Shown piece after piece: positions 17,465-26,604 of a stretch of DNA of 27,044 nucleotides. A model generated the notes under the pieces. The model made no database searches. It was given only the letters and a program-made list of their open reading frames with translations, and was not told the origin of the DNA. The stretch lies in assembly GCA_002794465.1 (NCBI GenBank), contig MTSL01000186.1, positions 54,576 through 81,619 on the forward strand, in the 5' to 3' direction. The translations under genes and the position numbers were made by a program. Position 1 is the stretch's first letter, and every line of letters begins with the position of its first letter. This DNA is from Paramicrosporidium saccamoebae KSL3 (taxonomy: Eukaryota > Fungi > Cryptomycota).

Positions 17465-19477
17465 ATGCCTGTAAAGCGACAACAGACTCTTCCGTTGCAT
17501 CCACCCATCTCCAAAGACAAGGAGACATTTGTTGTGGATGGTCTCACCATCCGTCCTGAACTTGACGGTGCCCGTTTTGGTCGTCACTATCGTCGTCGTC
17601 CTGACCGTCATCCGTTCATCGTAGACGTGCCAAGTAGCATCTTTTTTGCCACGCGGGCGATGCCGCAGATTAATACACGGTACCCGGTGGTGGTGGGCGA
17701 GTCTTTTTGGCGCCTGACCGCCTATGTGGATTCAGTGCCGGCCCGGAAGGAGGAACGAGTGCCTGGAAAGTGTCCCCATGTGTTGGTGAGGGGCGTGAGT
17801 GGATGTGGAAAATCGTACTTGATGGCTGCTGCCAGTGCATTATTGGGATTTGGACCACAGTCCATGCGTCCTCAGCAGCTGAATTATTTGAGCTCTGATT
17901 ATCGGACAGTCTTTATTGGGGACTGTAAGAGATGGCTAGAGTCTGACGACCCGCTGACTTATTTCAGAATGGAGCTACTTGCCGGATTCAGAGACAATTG
18001 CCAAGATGTCGATGACCATCATAGTCCGGATCATCTGGGCTGTTTGGTTTGTGTGGAACCGTTTACACGAGTTGAGCAGATTGGACACTTTATGGAGAGG
18101 TGCTGTCGTTGGGTCGAGGAGCATCAGCCCGACACACTTTTTGTATTTTTCATCGACCAGGCTGAGGAGCTAATGTCCCGTCCCGACTCTATTCCCTACC
18201 AGGTAGTGTCTTTGCTTGTCAAAATGCAGTCTCCCCTCGTCATATTCTCAGTAACATGTCCTGTTGGTTCGTCTTTTCCATTCCCGTATGGTACGGTGAT
18301 TGATATTCCATATCGGGTGACCTCTGCCGAGTTTGCCAAGCATCTCGAGGTTCATTCTGGACTGGAAGAGAAGGCTTTGTACAAAGATGTAAATTGGTGG
18401 AAGGACATGCGACTCTGGACTGGAAGTATCCCCAGTGAAATCACCGAACTCGCTAGGATGCCTGGTCCGTCTGTCCCACATAGGTTAAAGCTGTACCGCA
18501 AAATGGTGTTACAGAAGACGCAGGCCTCGTTCCTTGCCGTTAGCAAGCTCGATGGCAAGCAGAGGAACGTGTTGTTGATTGTCGTGTTTGCCATCATTCT
18601 GCGGGTGCCCATGGACATGTCGGGAGAGTTCAACTTGCCAAACATTATGGCCTTGGGCCCTACCATCACTGATCATTTTTTGTTAAACTGTCTACAAGCA
18701 TTTTACCACACTAGCGACGGCATCATTACCATGAGAGACGTCCCTGCTACCACTTCAATGGCCGTGCACATGGCATTGTGTTCAGTGAGCATTATGAGCT
18801 CAATCATACGTTCCTGGCCCAACTTGTTTGAAAATGTTGTCCATGCAATGATGCAAAGCAAGCTGCTCTGTTCCGAGGCCAAACGAAGAATGTCTCGGTT
18901 CTACACCCACGCCAAGCTGCTTTGGGGCAAACCAGATTGGTCCTTTGAGGGCAGCAATGAGATGGGCGACACGATCCGCTTCAAATTCCGTCAGCCTCGA
19001 GTAGTGATATTCGCAGGACAGACTCCCGTTCCGGCCTTTATTATGCCCAATGGACCTGACGCCGAACATCACGGAGTGGTCGGAAATGGCGATTACGATG
19101 CGATTGCTTTTGTTCCTGGTCGCACGAGTTATTGGTTCTTTGACCTGTTCATTTTGGTCCCAGATGACCGTCGTCTCTATGCAATCACCACCAGTACTGT
19201 GGTGGGAACTTGGCTTAAAGAGCTACAGACGCGTGTCGGCCCGATGCAGCTGCAACAACAACGGGATGATGGACTGTTGACTCCTGTCATTCTGCTGGAT
19301 CATTGGAAGGATGCGTTGCGAAAGGCTGGATTGCCCAAGGTCATAATCAAATGCTGTGTTGTAAAGCCGCTGGATTTAATGATGACCGCTGGTTACAAGC
19401 CACCGGTCGCTACCGACGAGGCTTCAGAGTCTTTGGCTGCACATCTTCAATCATCTGCAGTCATTAAAGATGATTAA
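17465..19477 (+). CDS. Crinkler-like P-loop NTPase plus degenerate restriction-endonuclease-fold protein, 670 aa, single exon
   Basis: Walker A VLVRGVSGCGKS, RTVFIGDCKRWL..DPLTY, Walker B FVFFIDQ, WTGSIP, and C-terminal FVPGRTSYWFFDLFIL..RRLYAI follow the motif order I recall for fungal crinkler-family NTPase-REase proteins. Family call is from memory. Confidence 0.65.
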   Translation: MPVKRQQTLPLHPPISKDKETFVVDGLTIRPELDGARFGRHYRRRPDRHPFIVDVPSSIFFATRAMPQINTRYPVVVGESFWRLTAYVDSVPARKEERVPGKCPHVLVRGVSGCGKSYLMAAASALLGFGPQSMRPQQLNYLSSDYRTVFIGDCKRWLESDDPLTYFRMELLAGFRDNCQDVDDHHSPDHLGCLVCVEPFTRVEQIGHFMERCCRWVEEHQPDTLFVFFIDQAEELMSRPDSIPYQVVSLLVKMQSPLVIFSVTCPVGSSFPFPYGTVIDIPYRVTSAEFAKHLEVHSGLEEKALYKDVNWWKDMRLWTGSIPSEITELARMPGPSVPHRLKLYRKMVLQKTQASFLAVSKLDGKQRNVLLIVVFAIILRVPMDMSGEFNLPNIMALGPTITDHFLLNCLQAFYHTSDGIITMRDVPATTSMAVHMALCSVSIMSSIIRSWPNLFENVVHAMMQSKLLCSEAKRRMSRFYTHAKLLWGKPDWSFEGSNEMGDTIRFKFRQPRVVIFAGQTPVPAFIMPNGPDAEHHGVVGNGDYDAIAFVPGRTSYWFFDLFILVPDDRRLYAITTSTVVGTWLKELQTRVGPMQLQQQRDDGLLTPVILLDHWKDALRKAGLPKVIIKCCVVKPLDLMMTAGYKPPVATDEASESLAAHLQSSAVIKDD

Positions 19478-19586
19478 TCATCTCATAACATTGATGTGAG
19501 AGTATCGTATATATAGGAACCAAAGACCATATAGGGACTAAAAACCTTTAATAGAGATCTTTACTACAATCGAGATTTATTTTACA

Positions 19587-20156
19587 TTACTCGGCCAGTG
19601 ACTTTACAATACCAAGTAGTCTGGAGCAGTCCTTGGATGGCTTTGGTAGAGCCTCCATCAACGCTAGAATACTCCTCCAATCCACCTGTTCCTTGGCCAC
19701 TTTGCCCGTCTTTTTCTCTCCATCCCATTCGCTTCTTCCTACCTCTTGCTCGCTTCGTCCCGTCTTTCTTCCTGCCACGTCCTCTTTATACTTTACACGC
19801 CACTCCTCTAGGTCTCGTTTCGCCGCCTTTGACCGCTCCCCTGCCATTTGCACTGCGGACGCGTCGCGCTCTGCAATTTGACGAGCACGTTCCGTCTTCC
19901 ATTCCTTCATTGCCGCCGTCTCCACTTTGGTCTTTGGGGTGGTGGGAGATGTGACACGCGTATTGGCGGTGGGGCTTGCTATGTAGCTAGCCACCGGTCT
20001 GGGACTAGTAGGGTGCGAGGCATTATTGGGGGCTTCAACGGGTTCGTCCACCTGCATAACATTGTCATTTTCAATTTCAACTGCCTCTAGAGCTTCCAAT
20101 GCCGCCTTTTCCCGGGCGAGAAAGTCCTCCATCGGGTCAGTGGACGGAGCGGTCAT
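19587..20156 (-). CDS. CLC1: Clathrin light chain, 189 aa
   Basis: DFLAREKAAL N-terminal motif, MKEWKTERARQIAERD central helix, DWRSILALM and DCSRL C-terminal motifs. Confidence 0.85.
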   Translation of the reverse strand: MTAPSTDPMEDFLAREKAALEALEAVEIENDNVMQVDEPVEAPNNASHPTSPRPVASYIASPTANTRVTSPTTPKTKVETAAMKEWKTERARQIAERDASAVQMAGERSKAAKRDLEEWRVKYKEDVAGRKTGRSEQEVGRSEWDGEKKTGKVAKEQVDWRSILALMEALPKPSKDCSRLLGIVKSLAE

Positions 20157-20323
20157 ATTGATTGTATTGGCGGAGCCAGGGCTACAGCATTAAATATAAT
20201 TCAGTATGGACCTAGTGAATTTGTGTAAAGTGACTTGTTGCATTATTCAGATCGTGTCGATAGCAAAAACAACATATTCTAGATCTAAAATTCAATAAGC
20301 GTCTCGCAAAGCAGGGGGTGGCA

Positions 20324-22135
20324 ATGACCAAAAAGAGCAAGGAGCACAAGAGGCGACGTCAGGAGCTTTTTGAACAGGACCTAGCTGAGCAAACTCTAAA
20401 GCCGACGCGTATCAAGGTGCAAGCCCCACCTTCTAGCGATGACGAAGAGCCTATGCGCATGTGGGAGCAGGAAAAAGAGTCTTCCAACGCACTCCCGGTC
20501 ATGTCCCACAGCGGCAAGTGGAAGTCTTCTAAGAAGAATATTACTATCCGACCAGAGCACGACCAGAGCCAAGAAGAGGAAGAGCAAGAAGAGGATGAAC
20601 AAGATGTATCACCAAACGGTTCAGAGGCGACAAAAAGCTATGAACAGGTTCGGGATGAATTGGCATCTATTGCTATTGCCATCACTGAGGAAACTGATCA
20701 TGTTGGCAAGTTGAGAGATATGCTCAAATACGTAGATCCCGCTAGGAATTCCGTTCCGGTGGTGCGCTTAGCTTTATTGTCCACTCTTGCCGTAATCAAA
20801 GACATTCTTCCCGGATATTATATTCGGCCACTTAGCGAGGGAGAAAAGGGAACCACTGTGTCAAAGGATATCAAGAAAATTCGTCATTTTGAGGAATCGA
20901 TCCTCGCCGGTTACCGACATTTCTTCAACGTTTTGAAGGGGATAGTGCAGCCAAAGAATCGTCGTATCGCAAAGAGCCGTCTTCCCATTCTACAAATCGC
21001 CTTGACCTGTCTTCACGAGTTGCTGCTGTTTGCCAGCCATTTTAACCATTTTGAAGATGTTCTCAAACTGGTTGCACACTCTTTGACACTTGAAGAGTTT
21101 CCTGACGAGGTGGAGCGCAGTTGCATGGCCTTCCGTCAACTATTTGACACTGACGAGCAGGGACAATCCACCATGCTGGGAGTGCGTCTAATCTCAAATA
21201 TGATCAAGGAGCTCGAATATTCTTGTCCCGTGTCATGGCTAAAGGCGCTAGAGACGGTTCGGCTGCGTTCCGATGTGGCTGGTCGCGCAATCAACCCCAA
21301 AGGCGTCCTTAGAGGCAAAAAGAAGCATCTCTCCCTTCGCGAACGCAAAGAACGAAAGACGAAGCAGGAAGAGATGAAACACATGGCCGAGGCGGAGGCT
21401 ATTGTCAGCAAGGAGGAATTGAACAAATGGAATTCTGAATCGCTCAAATATCTCTTCCGGATCTACTTTGGAGTCCTGAAGCACGCTCCCGAGCCAGAGC
21501 TTCTGCCCCCCATCCTGGCAGGACTGGCGAGACATTCACACCGCATTGGCGTAGAGTATTTTGTTGACCTGCTTCAGGCCTTGAAGCGACTGATGGAGGA
21601 TCACACCAACCTCGACGTAATTCCCGCCCTGCACTGCATCCTTACTGTGGACCGAATCTACTCTATCAATGAGAATCTTGCCGCCATGGATCTCAAATTC
21701 TTTTACAACGCACTGTTTCGTCAGATAGGCAAGTTGTGTTGTCCCCTAGATTGGGATCTGGTGCAAAAGCCTCTGCAGGGATGCATTTCGGCGCTCTTCC
21801 ATCCAAAACGCATAATTCCCACTATCCGAGTTGCCGCGTTTGTCCAACGGATGGCCGATGTCTCTTTGGTATTCCTTAATACAAACCAACCAGGACCAGC
21901 AGTGTTTATGGTGGACAACATTAAGAGCATCCTCACTCACCACAACAGGGCACGGGGTATTCTCGATCGAGATCCGTTTGGACAGGGTGCTTATATGCCA
22001 TCATGCGAAGACCCTGATCTCTGTAACCCCCAGAGTCGCTCCCTCTACGACATTCTCATTGCTATCAAGACCAAGGACAGTCGACAGGGAAAGCTACACA
22101 CGCTAATCTCGGAAATAATCAAACTGACACCATAA
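20324..22135 (+). CDS. NOC3: Nucleolar complex protein Noc3 (CBF/Mak21 family), about 603 aa
   Basis: LALLSTLAVIKDILPGYYIRPL, VSKDIKKIRHFEESIL, SHFNH, ESLKYLFRIYFGVLK, GLARHSHRI, RVAAFVQR, PDLCNP. First ATG 20324; an extra 5' exon (20206-20229, intron 20230-20263) is possible but unproven. Confidence 0.92.
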   Translation: MTKKSKEHKRRRQELFEQDLAEQTLKPTRIKVQAPPSSDDEEPMRMWEQEKESSNALPVMSHSGKWKSSKKNITIRPEHDQSQEEEEQEEDEQDVSPNGSEATKSYEQVRDELASIAIAITEETDHVGKLRDMLKYVDPARNSVPVVRLALLSTLAVIKDILPGYYIRPLSEGEKGTTVSKDIKKIRHFEESILAGYRHFFNVLKGIVQPKNRRIAKSRLPILQIALTCLHELLLFASHFNHFEDVLKLVAHSLTLEEFPDEVERSCMAFRQLFDTDEQGQSTMLGVRLISNMIKELEYSCPVSWLKALETVRLRSDVAGRAINPKGVLRGKKKHLSLRERKERKTKQEEMKHMAEAEAIVSKEELNKWNSESLKYLFRIYFGVLKHAPEPELLPPILAGLARHSHRIGVEYFVDLLQALKRLMEDHTNLDVIPALHCILTVDRIYSINENLAAMDLKFFYNALFRQIGKLCCPLDWDLVQKPLQGCISALFHPKRIIPTIRVAAFVQRMADVSLVFLNTNQPGPAVFMVDNIKSILTHHNRARGILDRDPFGQGAYMPSCEDPDLCNPQSRSLYDILIAIKTKDSRQGKLHTLISEIIKLTP

Positions 22136-22196
22136 TTTGCATGCACAATGGGATTTGTGTTACAATCTGATGTCGTAGATGTATAGACACAATGAC

Positions 22197-22556
22197 GTCT
22201 GGTATGACTAGATTTCGTAAATATAATGGCGTCTGTTATGATCGAATTTCATAATTACAATAGTGTCTAGTATGACTGGATTTCGTAAATACTAAATTGT
22301 CTGCTACAACTGGACTTTATAAAGACCATCTATTCCACAACCTGATTACGTATAATGACGCCCCCACAATACAACCTGATTTCATGCAGCGACACTCACA
22401 GTATCACCCACAGTAGAATCTGATTCATCACAACATTACCCACTGTAGAATCTGACTCATCACAATGTTACCCACAGTAGAATCTGATTCATCACAACAT
22501 CACCCACAGTATAGTCTGATTCGTCACAATATCGCCTACAGCATAATTACAATATC
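22197..22556. repeat. Composite non-coding minisatellite: four 34-nt units, two transitional units, four to five 32-nt units
   Basis: gtct-starting units at 22197, 22231, 22265, 22299; cccac-starting units at 22407, 22439, 22471, 22503 and a degenerate one at 22535; shared core resembling ta.aa.ctgatt. Confidence 0.9.
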
Positions 22557-22588
22557 TCTTCCACGCATCGACGAGTATAAACATTTAT

Positions 22589-22873
22589 TCATTGCGCGAA
22601 ACCACTGCCTTTCCCTTCTTCAGAGTCCTCCAGGATTGGCTCTTTCATCGGAGACTTCCCGATGCTGCCGGCCGAGTTGCTGTGTGGGATGGCGGACGGC
22701 GTAGGGTGCAATTGTCCATGCGTATGGGTTTGGCCCGCTTTGCACATTGCATAGTCGCCACTGTCAAAGTACTTTCTCTCCTGTAGTCGAGTTCGATGGT
22801 GTGTGGCCGCGTCTAACGTTGCTGTGGATTGGCCGGGCGGCGTGGTTGACTGAGTGGGCTGGTCGTCAGACAT
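22589..22873 (-). CDS. IGO1: Endosulfine (Igo1/ENSA/ARPP19), PP2A-B55 inhibitor, 94 aa
   Basis: ERKYFDSGDYAM is the Greatwall/Rim15 phosphosite; HPTPSAIPH follows as in fungal Igo proteins. Start taken at MSDDQP. Confidence 0.9.
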   Translation of the reverse strand: MSDDQPTQSTTPPGQSTATLDAATHHRTRLQERKYFDSGDYAMCKAGQTHTHGQLHPTPSAIPHSNSAGSIGKSPMKEPILEDSEEGKGSGFAQ

Positions 22874-22953
22874 AATGCACTCTGGTGGACAATCTAATCG
22901 AATCAAACGATGGGACCATGTATTCCGAATTTATCCTTATTTAGCAGTTTGGT

Positions 22954-23862
22954 CTAGCCAATGTGGGGACGATTCATATAGGCGTTGAAGTATTGTGACA
23001 GCACATAGTTCATCACCCGCAAATTATCCACGTGCGGCATACTCCTCATCGACTCTCTATCCAATTGTGTCTCAATCTTTACCGTCGGCCTCAGCACCAA
23101 CTGTAGCGCCTGTCCCGTGTTCTCGGCTCGCATCCCACCCAACACCGAACCAAGTGCTTCAAAGTGTACCTCTACATCTGGAAATTTCAGCAAGTCGGAA
23201 GAACGCAGTGTGTAGCAGGAAATGGCTTCCATTGGATTCTCCTCCCGACGAAGGGGGTAGCGCTCCGGATAGCAATCGCGCTTCGACCCTCCTCTTTTCT
23301 GGTATTGCAGGATGAGGCCTCTCTTCTCCAGTCTGTTGTCGTGTCCATGATCCAATGGACGCCAACCCTCCCGCGCTGCATCACCCACCCCACCCACAAT
23401 GTCTGGAAGATAGAATTCACGACACTTTTCCAAAAAATAGAACATTTTCACATTGTGCAGTGTTGTCTTTAGCTTTATCCCCGAGCCCAGTTTTTTGATT
23501 TGCTGGGTCAGCGCGGAAGGGTCAGTCTTTACGACCTTTTTCTTTCCCGCTGCCTTTCTCAGACTCTGCTGTATTAGCGCTCCACGTGCCCGTTCCATCT
23601 CTTTTCTCTGCGCCTCGGTGGCGGTGCGTTGCGCAGGGTCCTCTTGCATTGCATCGCATTCCTTCCCCGTCACCCGCTGGCCTGTCAAAATTTCGAGGAG
23701 ACAGGCCGCCCGGTACTTGGTTTCGTTTGACATTGTCTGGGCTCCTTGGAGGATAATGGAGCATTCAAGCGAATGCAAAGCGGCCGTACGGTCAAAGAGG
23801 GTGAGCATGTCCTCCCTGAGGATGCGCTGAAAGTACTCTTGCAATCTGGACCGGCCCAACAT
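22954..23862 (-). CDS. MRPL7: Mitochondrial large-subunit ribosomal protein uL5m (MrpL7-like), divergent, about 302 aa
   Basis: SRLQEYF..ILREDML, LEILTGQR, KTTL...MFYFLEK....YLP, LLKFPDVE follow the uL5 motif order. The start is uncertain (23862 or 23928). Confidence 0.7.
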   Translation of the reverse strand: MLGRSRLQEYFQRILREDMLTLFDRTAALHSLECSIILQGAQTMSNETKYRAACLLEILTGQRVTGKECDAMQEDPAQRTATEAQRKEMERARGALIQQSLRKAAGKKKVVKTDPSALTQQIKKLGSGIKLKTTLHNVKMFYFLEKCREFYLPDIVGGVGDAAREGWRPLDHGHDNRLEKRGLILQYQKRGGSKRDCYPERYPLRREENPMEAISCYTLRSSDLLKFPDVEVHFEALGSVLGGMRAENTGQALQLVLRPTVKIETQLDRESMRSMPHVDNLRVMNYVLSQYFNAYMNRPHIG

Positions 23863-23882
23863 CTCCGCCTGCAGGGGGGACG

Positions 23883-23913
23883 GGATGACTATATATATAG
23901 GATGACTATATAT
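23883..23913. repeat. 17-nt-period tandem duplication GGATGACTATATAT x2
   Basis: Copies at 23883-23896 and 23900-23913. A non-triplet period suggests this stretch is upstream of the true uL5m start. Confidence 0.8.
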
Positions 23914-24091
23914 GGAGAGAGCGACCATGGATCAGTGCCATTTATTATACACTAGCATTATTAATACAAAACTTGCCATATCCATGGAACTAGAGATTGG
24001 AGCATTAATAGGCACCAACGTTCATAATGTCTAATATATTAGAAACTGACATTGGTGAAATGGCATCAGTAAAGGTCTTTGGACGCATTGC

Positions 24092-24126
24092 GTCACTGGG
24101 GCGCTAGCATGCTAGTGCCCAGTGAC
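24092..24126. repeat. 35-nt near-perfect palindrome in the divergent uL5m/SIP5 intergenic region
   Basis: GTCACTGGGGCGCTAGCATGCTAGTGCCCAGTGAC: 17-bp arms with one bulge and one G-T pair; perfect 12-nt core CTAGCATGCTAG. Confidence 0.85.
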
Positions 24127-24369
24127 ACTCATTAAGACTAATCTTGCCATCATCTGCCAAACTTGGTACCTTACGACCGATGGAATAGGAGGTCTCAGTC
24201 CAACACTCTTGGTCCAATTCTCAAACCCCGGCGGCCAACCGGCGAAATAGAGCCTTATGATTGGAGCGGACAAAATTTCAGTGCTTCCTAATTGGGTACA
24301 CTAGAGCCTGTCCAACTAAGCACCAGTGGGCCGGCCAGTAAAAGGCACCCGCTGGCTGCATCGAGCAAG

Positions 24370-25274
24370 ATGGGCAACGCACTGCGCAAGACTCGAGACG
24401 GACCCGTCGATGGCGGAGCCACACGCACGAACGTACCCCCAACAACGGAATATGATGCGGGGGCCGTTGAGAAGCTGATCATGAGTAAGAGATTGGCTCC
24501 ATTTTATGAGGGAGAGCCTGATGCGTCGGTGGAGGGTAATGTCTCGGATACATCCCTTTCGGGGGGAGAGGAGCTCAAAAAGGAGAAACGACGACTGTTT
24601 AGACGATCGAGTAAACAAAGAGGCCACTATGAAGCGCAGGTAATTGAGCATTTCTTGCGAGACCGTTCCACTGAATGTCCCATCTGTTTCCTGGTAAGTG
24701 TCCAAGTGTCTATGCTGATCTGTAGTGCTTTCCGAGAAACATTAACAAAACTGTCTGTTGTAACCAAGCCTTGTGCACGCAATGTTTTGTAAATCTCCGC
24801 CGTCCGCCGTCTGGCCGCACCCTAAGTTGTCCGTTCTGTAATCGTCGGGACTTTTCCATCCGGTATTGTGCGCCCTTGCTGGTTCTGGAAGAGGAAGCTG
24901 GCATCTCGAACATATCACGTCCAAGTCCTGTGAAATGCGAGGCAATTCGGGCCTACCGTCCCACCCCACCACAAGCCCCGCCAAGTGCGGCATATCGTGC
25001 GGCTACGCGGTATCAGGGATACAACGGCCCACCCTTTAGTGTTCGCTCAGGCAGCCGAGCAACGACCTACGGAGGCGGTGTACTTGTGCTGTACAATGAG
25101 CAGGGTCGGCCAGTGTACTTTCCAGATACGCAGCGCACTGCCACATATGGCTCGCCCTACGGCTCCCAGCTCCCAAGACAAAATGCAAATAGGAACAGAA
25201 CAACGTATTCGCAACAGAGTGCATCATATTCGTCGCGGTATCGATCTGGCACTTCACGGTACAATCTCTCGTAA
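24370..25274 (+). CDS. SIP5: Sip5-like RING-type zinc-finger protein, 290 aa, 2 exons
   Basis: Exons 24370-24693 and 24726-25274 (32-nt intron). MGN start, VDGG, LIMSKRLAPFYEG, ECPICFLCFPRNINKTVCCNQALCTQCFVNLRR...CPFC match the Sip5 pattern. Confidence 0.85.
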
Positions 25275-25389
25275 CGTCCTCATTTCTCTAGCTACGCCTA
25301 TCTAAACACCACACTTTATTAATTGCTGACATAAAATCTCATCTTGATTCTAATTAGTATCGTTCTTAGTACGTAGATCCTAACGGTTC

Positions 25390-26448
25390 CTAGTATGAAA
25401 TATAGGACATGGACTGGAGATCGCTCATTGGCATCACAGACGGTTCCCATCCTGAGGGATATTGCAATTTTGACACATAATCCTGTCGTTGCGCTGCTAC
25501 AATCTGCACGGCCTGCTTCGTAACCACGTCGGGAGACCATGGAACCTTTAGCACCACGTTCAGCTCATACTCGCATTCTATCAGCTTGGATCGAGTTGAC
25601 GGTTCTGTGTCATGTGGCAGCGATAGCTGGATGTATCGGTCGGCTCGGTCCCCCGCCCGCACTCCGGGAGAGCTGGCTTTTATGACGGTTCCGTTCCCAT
25701 AAAACGTGTCCGACCCCGCATGAACCGACAAGTCCTTCCGCAACTTTAGTGTAAACGCCTCCAAATCCACCTGTGACTCGGAATTGTCCACAATCAGATG
25801 CAATTGAACCGTCTCGCCCGGACTATATGCATTCTTGTCGATATTGGCCGACATTGTCACAGTCCCCTTGGGAATGCAGCACAAAAAGGTCACTTTGGCC
25901 TCTTTCAGTGTATCCGATGACATGAGCATATTTCTCAGTGGCTCATTGATCAAAATGTCCTGACTATGATACAAATTCGGCTTCAACATTCCCGGCACCG
26001 CGACTTCTGCCTCCACATGATATCTCAAACTCGCCTGTAAGCTTCGCGAATACTGTCTCTTGTTGTAAATTTCAAACGTTCCAGGCAGTTTTTGATCCAA
26101 CTGAAACTGAAATGGGAATACAAAGTTCCCGCTGCTCAGCGTACTCTTGGTGGCGTAGATACAGTAGCGACGTCGGAAAAAGGTATGGTGACCATTAACG
26201 CGCTCGGTATATGTTTCGACTATGTTCTTTTGAGGATCGTGAGGATCTTTGACTGTGCGACTTCGGGTCACGTCGAATTCAGTCAACTCATTTCCATTTA
26301 TCTTTAGATAGACTCCATCGACGTGGAGTGGCTGCACGACGGATAGAGTCACTTGGCCAGTTACCAAATCGCCAGCATAATACTGTTGTTTGTCAGTGTG
26401 GATATGGATAATGTTGCTTTGGCCGAATAATCGTCCAAGGAATGTCAT
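25390..26448 (-). CDS. Arrestin-domain protein (N and C domains), 352 aa
   Basis: YYAGDLVTGQV, FVFPFQFQLDQKLPGTF, LRYHVEAEV, IDKNAYSPGETV, PSTRSKLIECEYEL, VPWSPD. The ORF-track start is a TTG; the ATG is at 26448 (alternative 26484). Confidence 0.9.
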   Translation of the reverse strand: MTFLGRLFGQSNIIHIHTDKQQYYAGDLVTGQVTLSVVQPLHVDGVYLKINGNELTEFDVTRSRTVKDPHDPQKNIVETYTERVNGHHTFFRRRYCIYATKSTLSSGNFVFPFQFQLDQKLPGTFEIYNKRQYSRSLQASLRYHVEAEVAVPGMLKPNLYHSQDILINEPLRNMLMSSDTLKEAKVTFLCCIPKGTVTMSANIDKNAYSPGETVQLHLIVDNSESQVDLEAFTLKLRKDLSVHAGSDTFYGNGTVIKASSPGVRAGDRADRYIQLSLPHDTEPSTRSKLIECEYELNVVLKVPWSPDVVTKQAVQIVAAQRQDYVSKLQYPSGWEPSVMPMSDLQSMSYISY

Positions 26449-26604
26449 TCCGTCGCTCCCCGGCAATGCTGCGAATGACAACATGGCATCCCTTAACCAA
26501 TCAAAAGTAGACGCCAAAACAATGAACTTTTAGGTGAGGCTCTAACTTGGAGCTTCTAAATTTTGATTAATGGTTTATGAATTGCTAACTTTAGACTACT
26601 CGGT

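Noticed and set aside
20206-20263. Extra first exon for NOC3
   Set aside because: Frame-compatible with a 34-nt intron, but the donor (GTGACT) is weak and the added peptide has no recognisable conservation; left unannotated.
22197-22556. CRISPR array (repeat period 32-34 nt)
   Set aside because: Units are contiguous with no unique spacers, there are no cas genes, and the context is intron-containing eukaryotic DNA.
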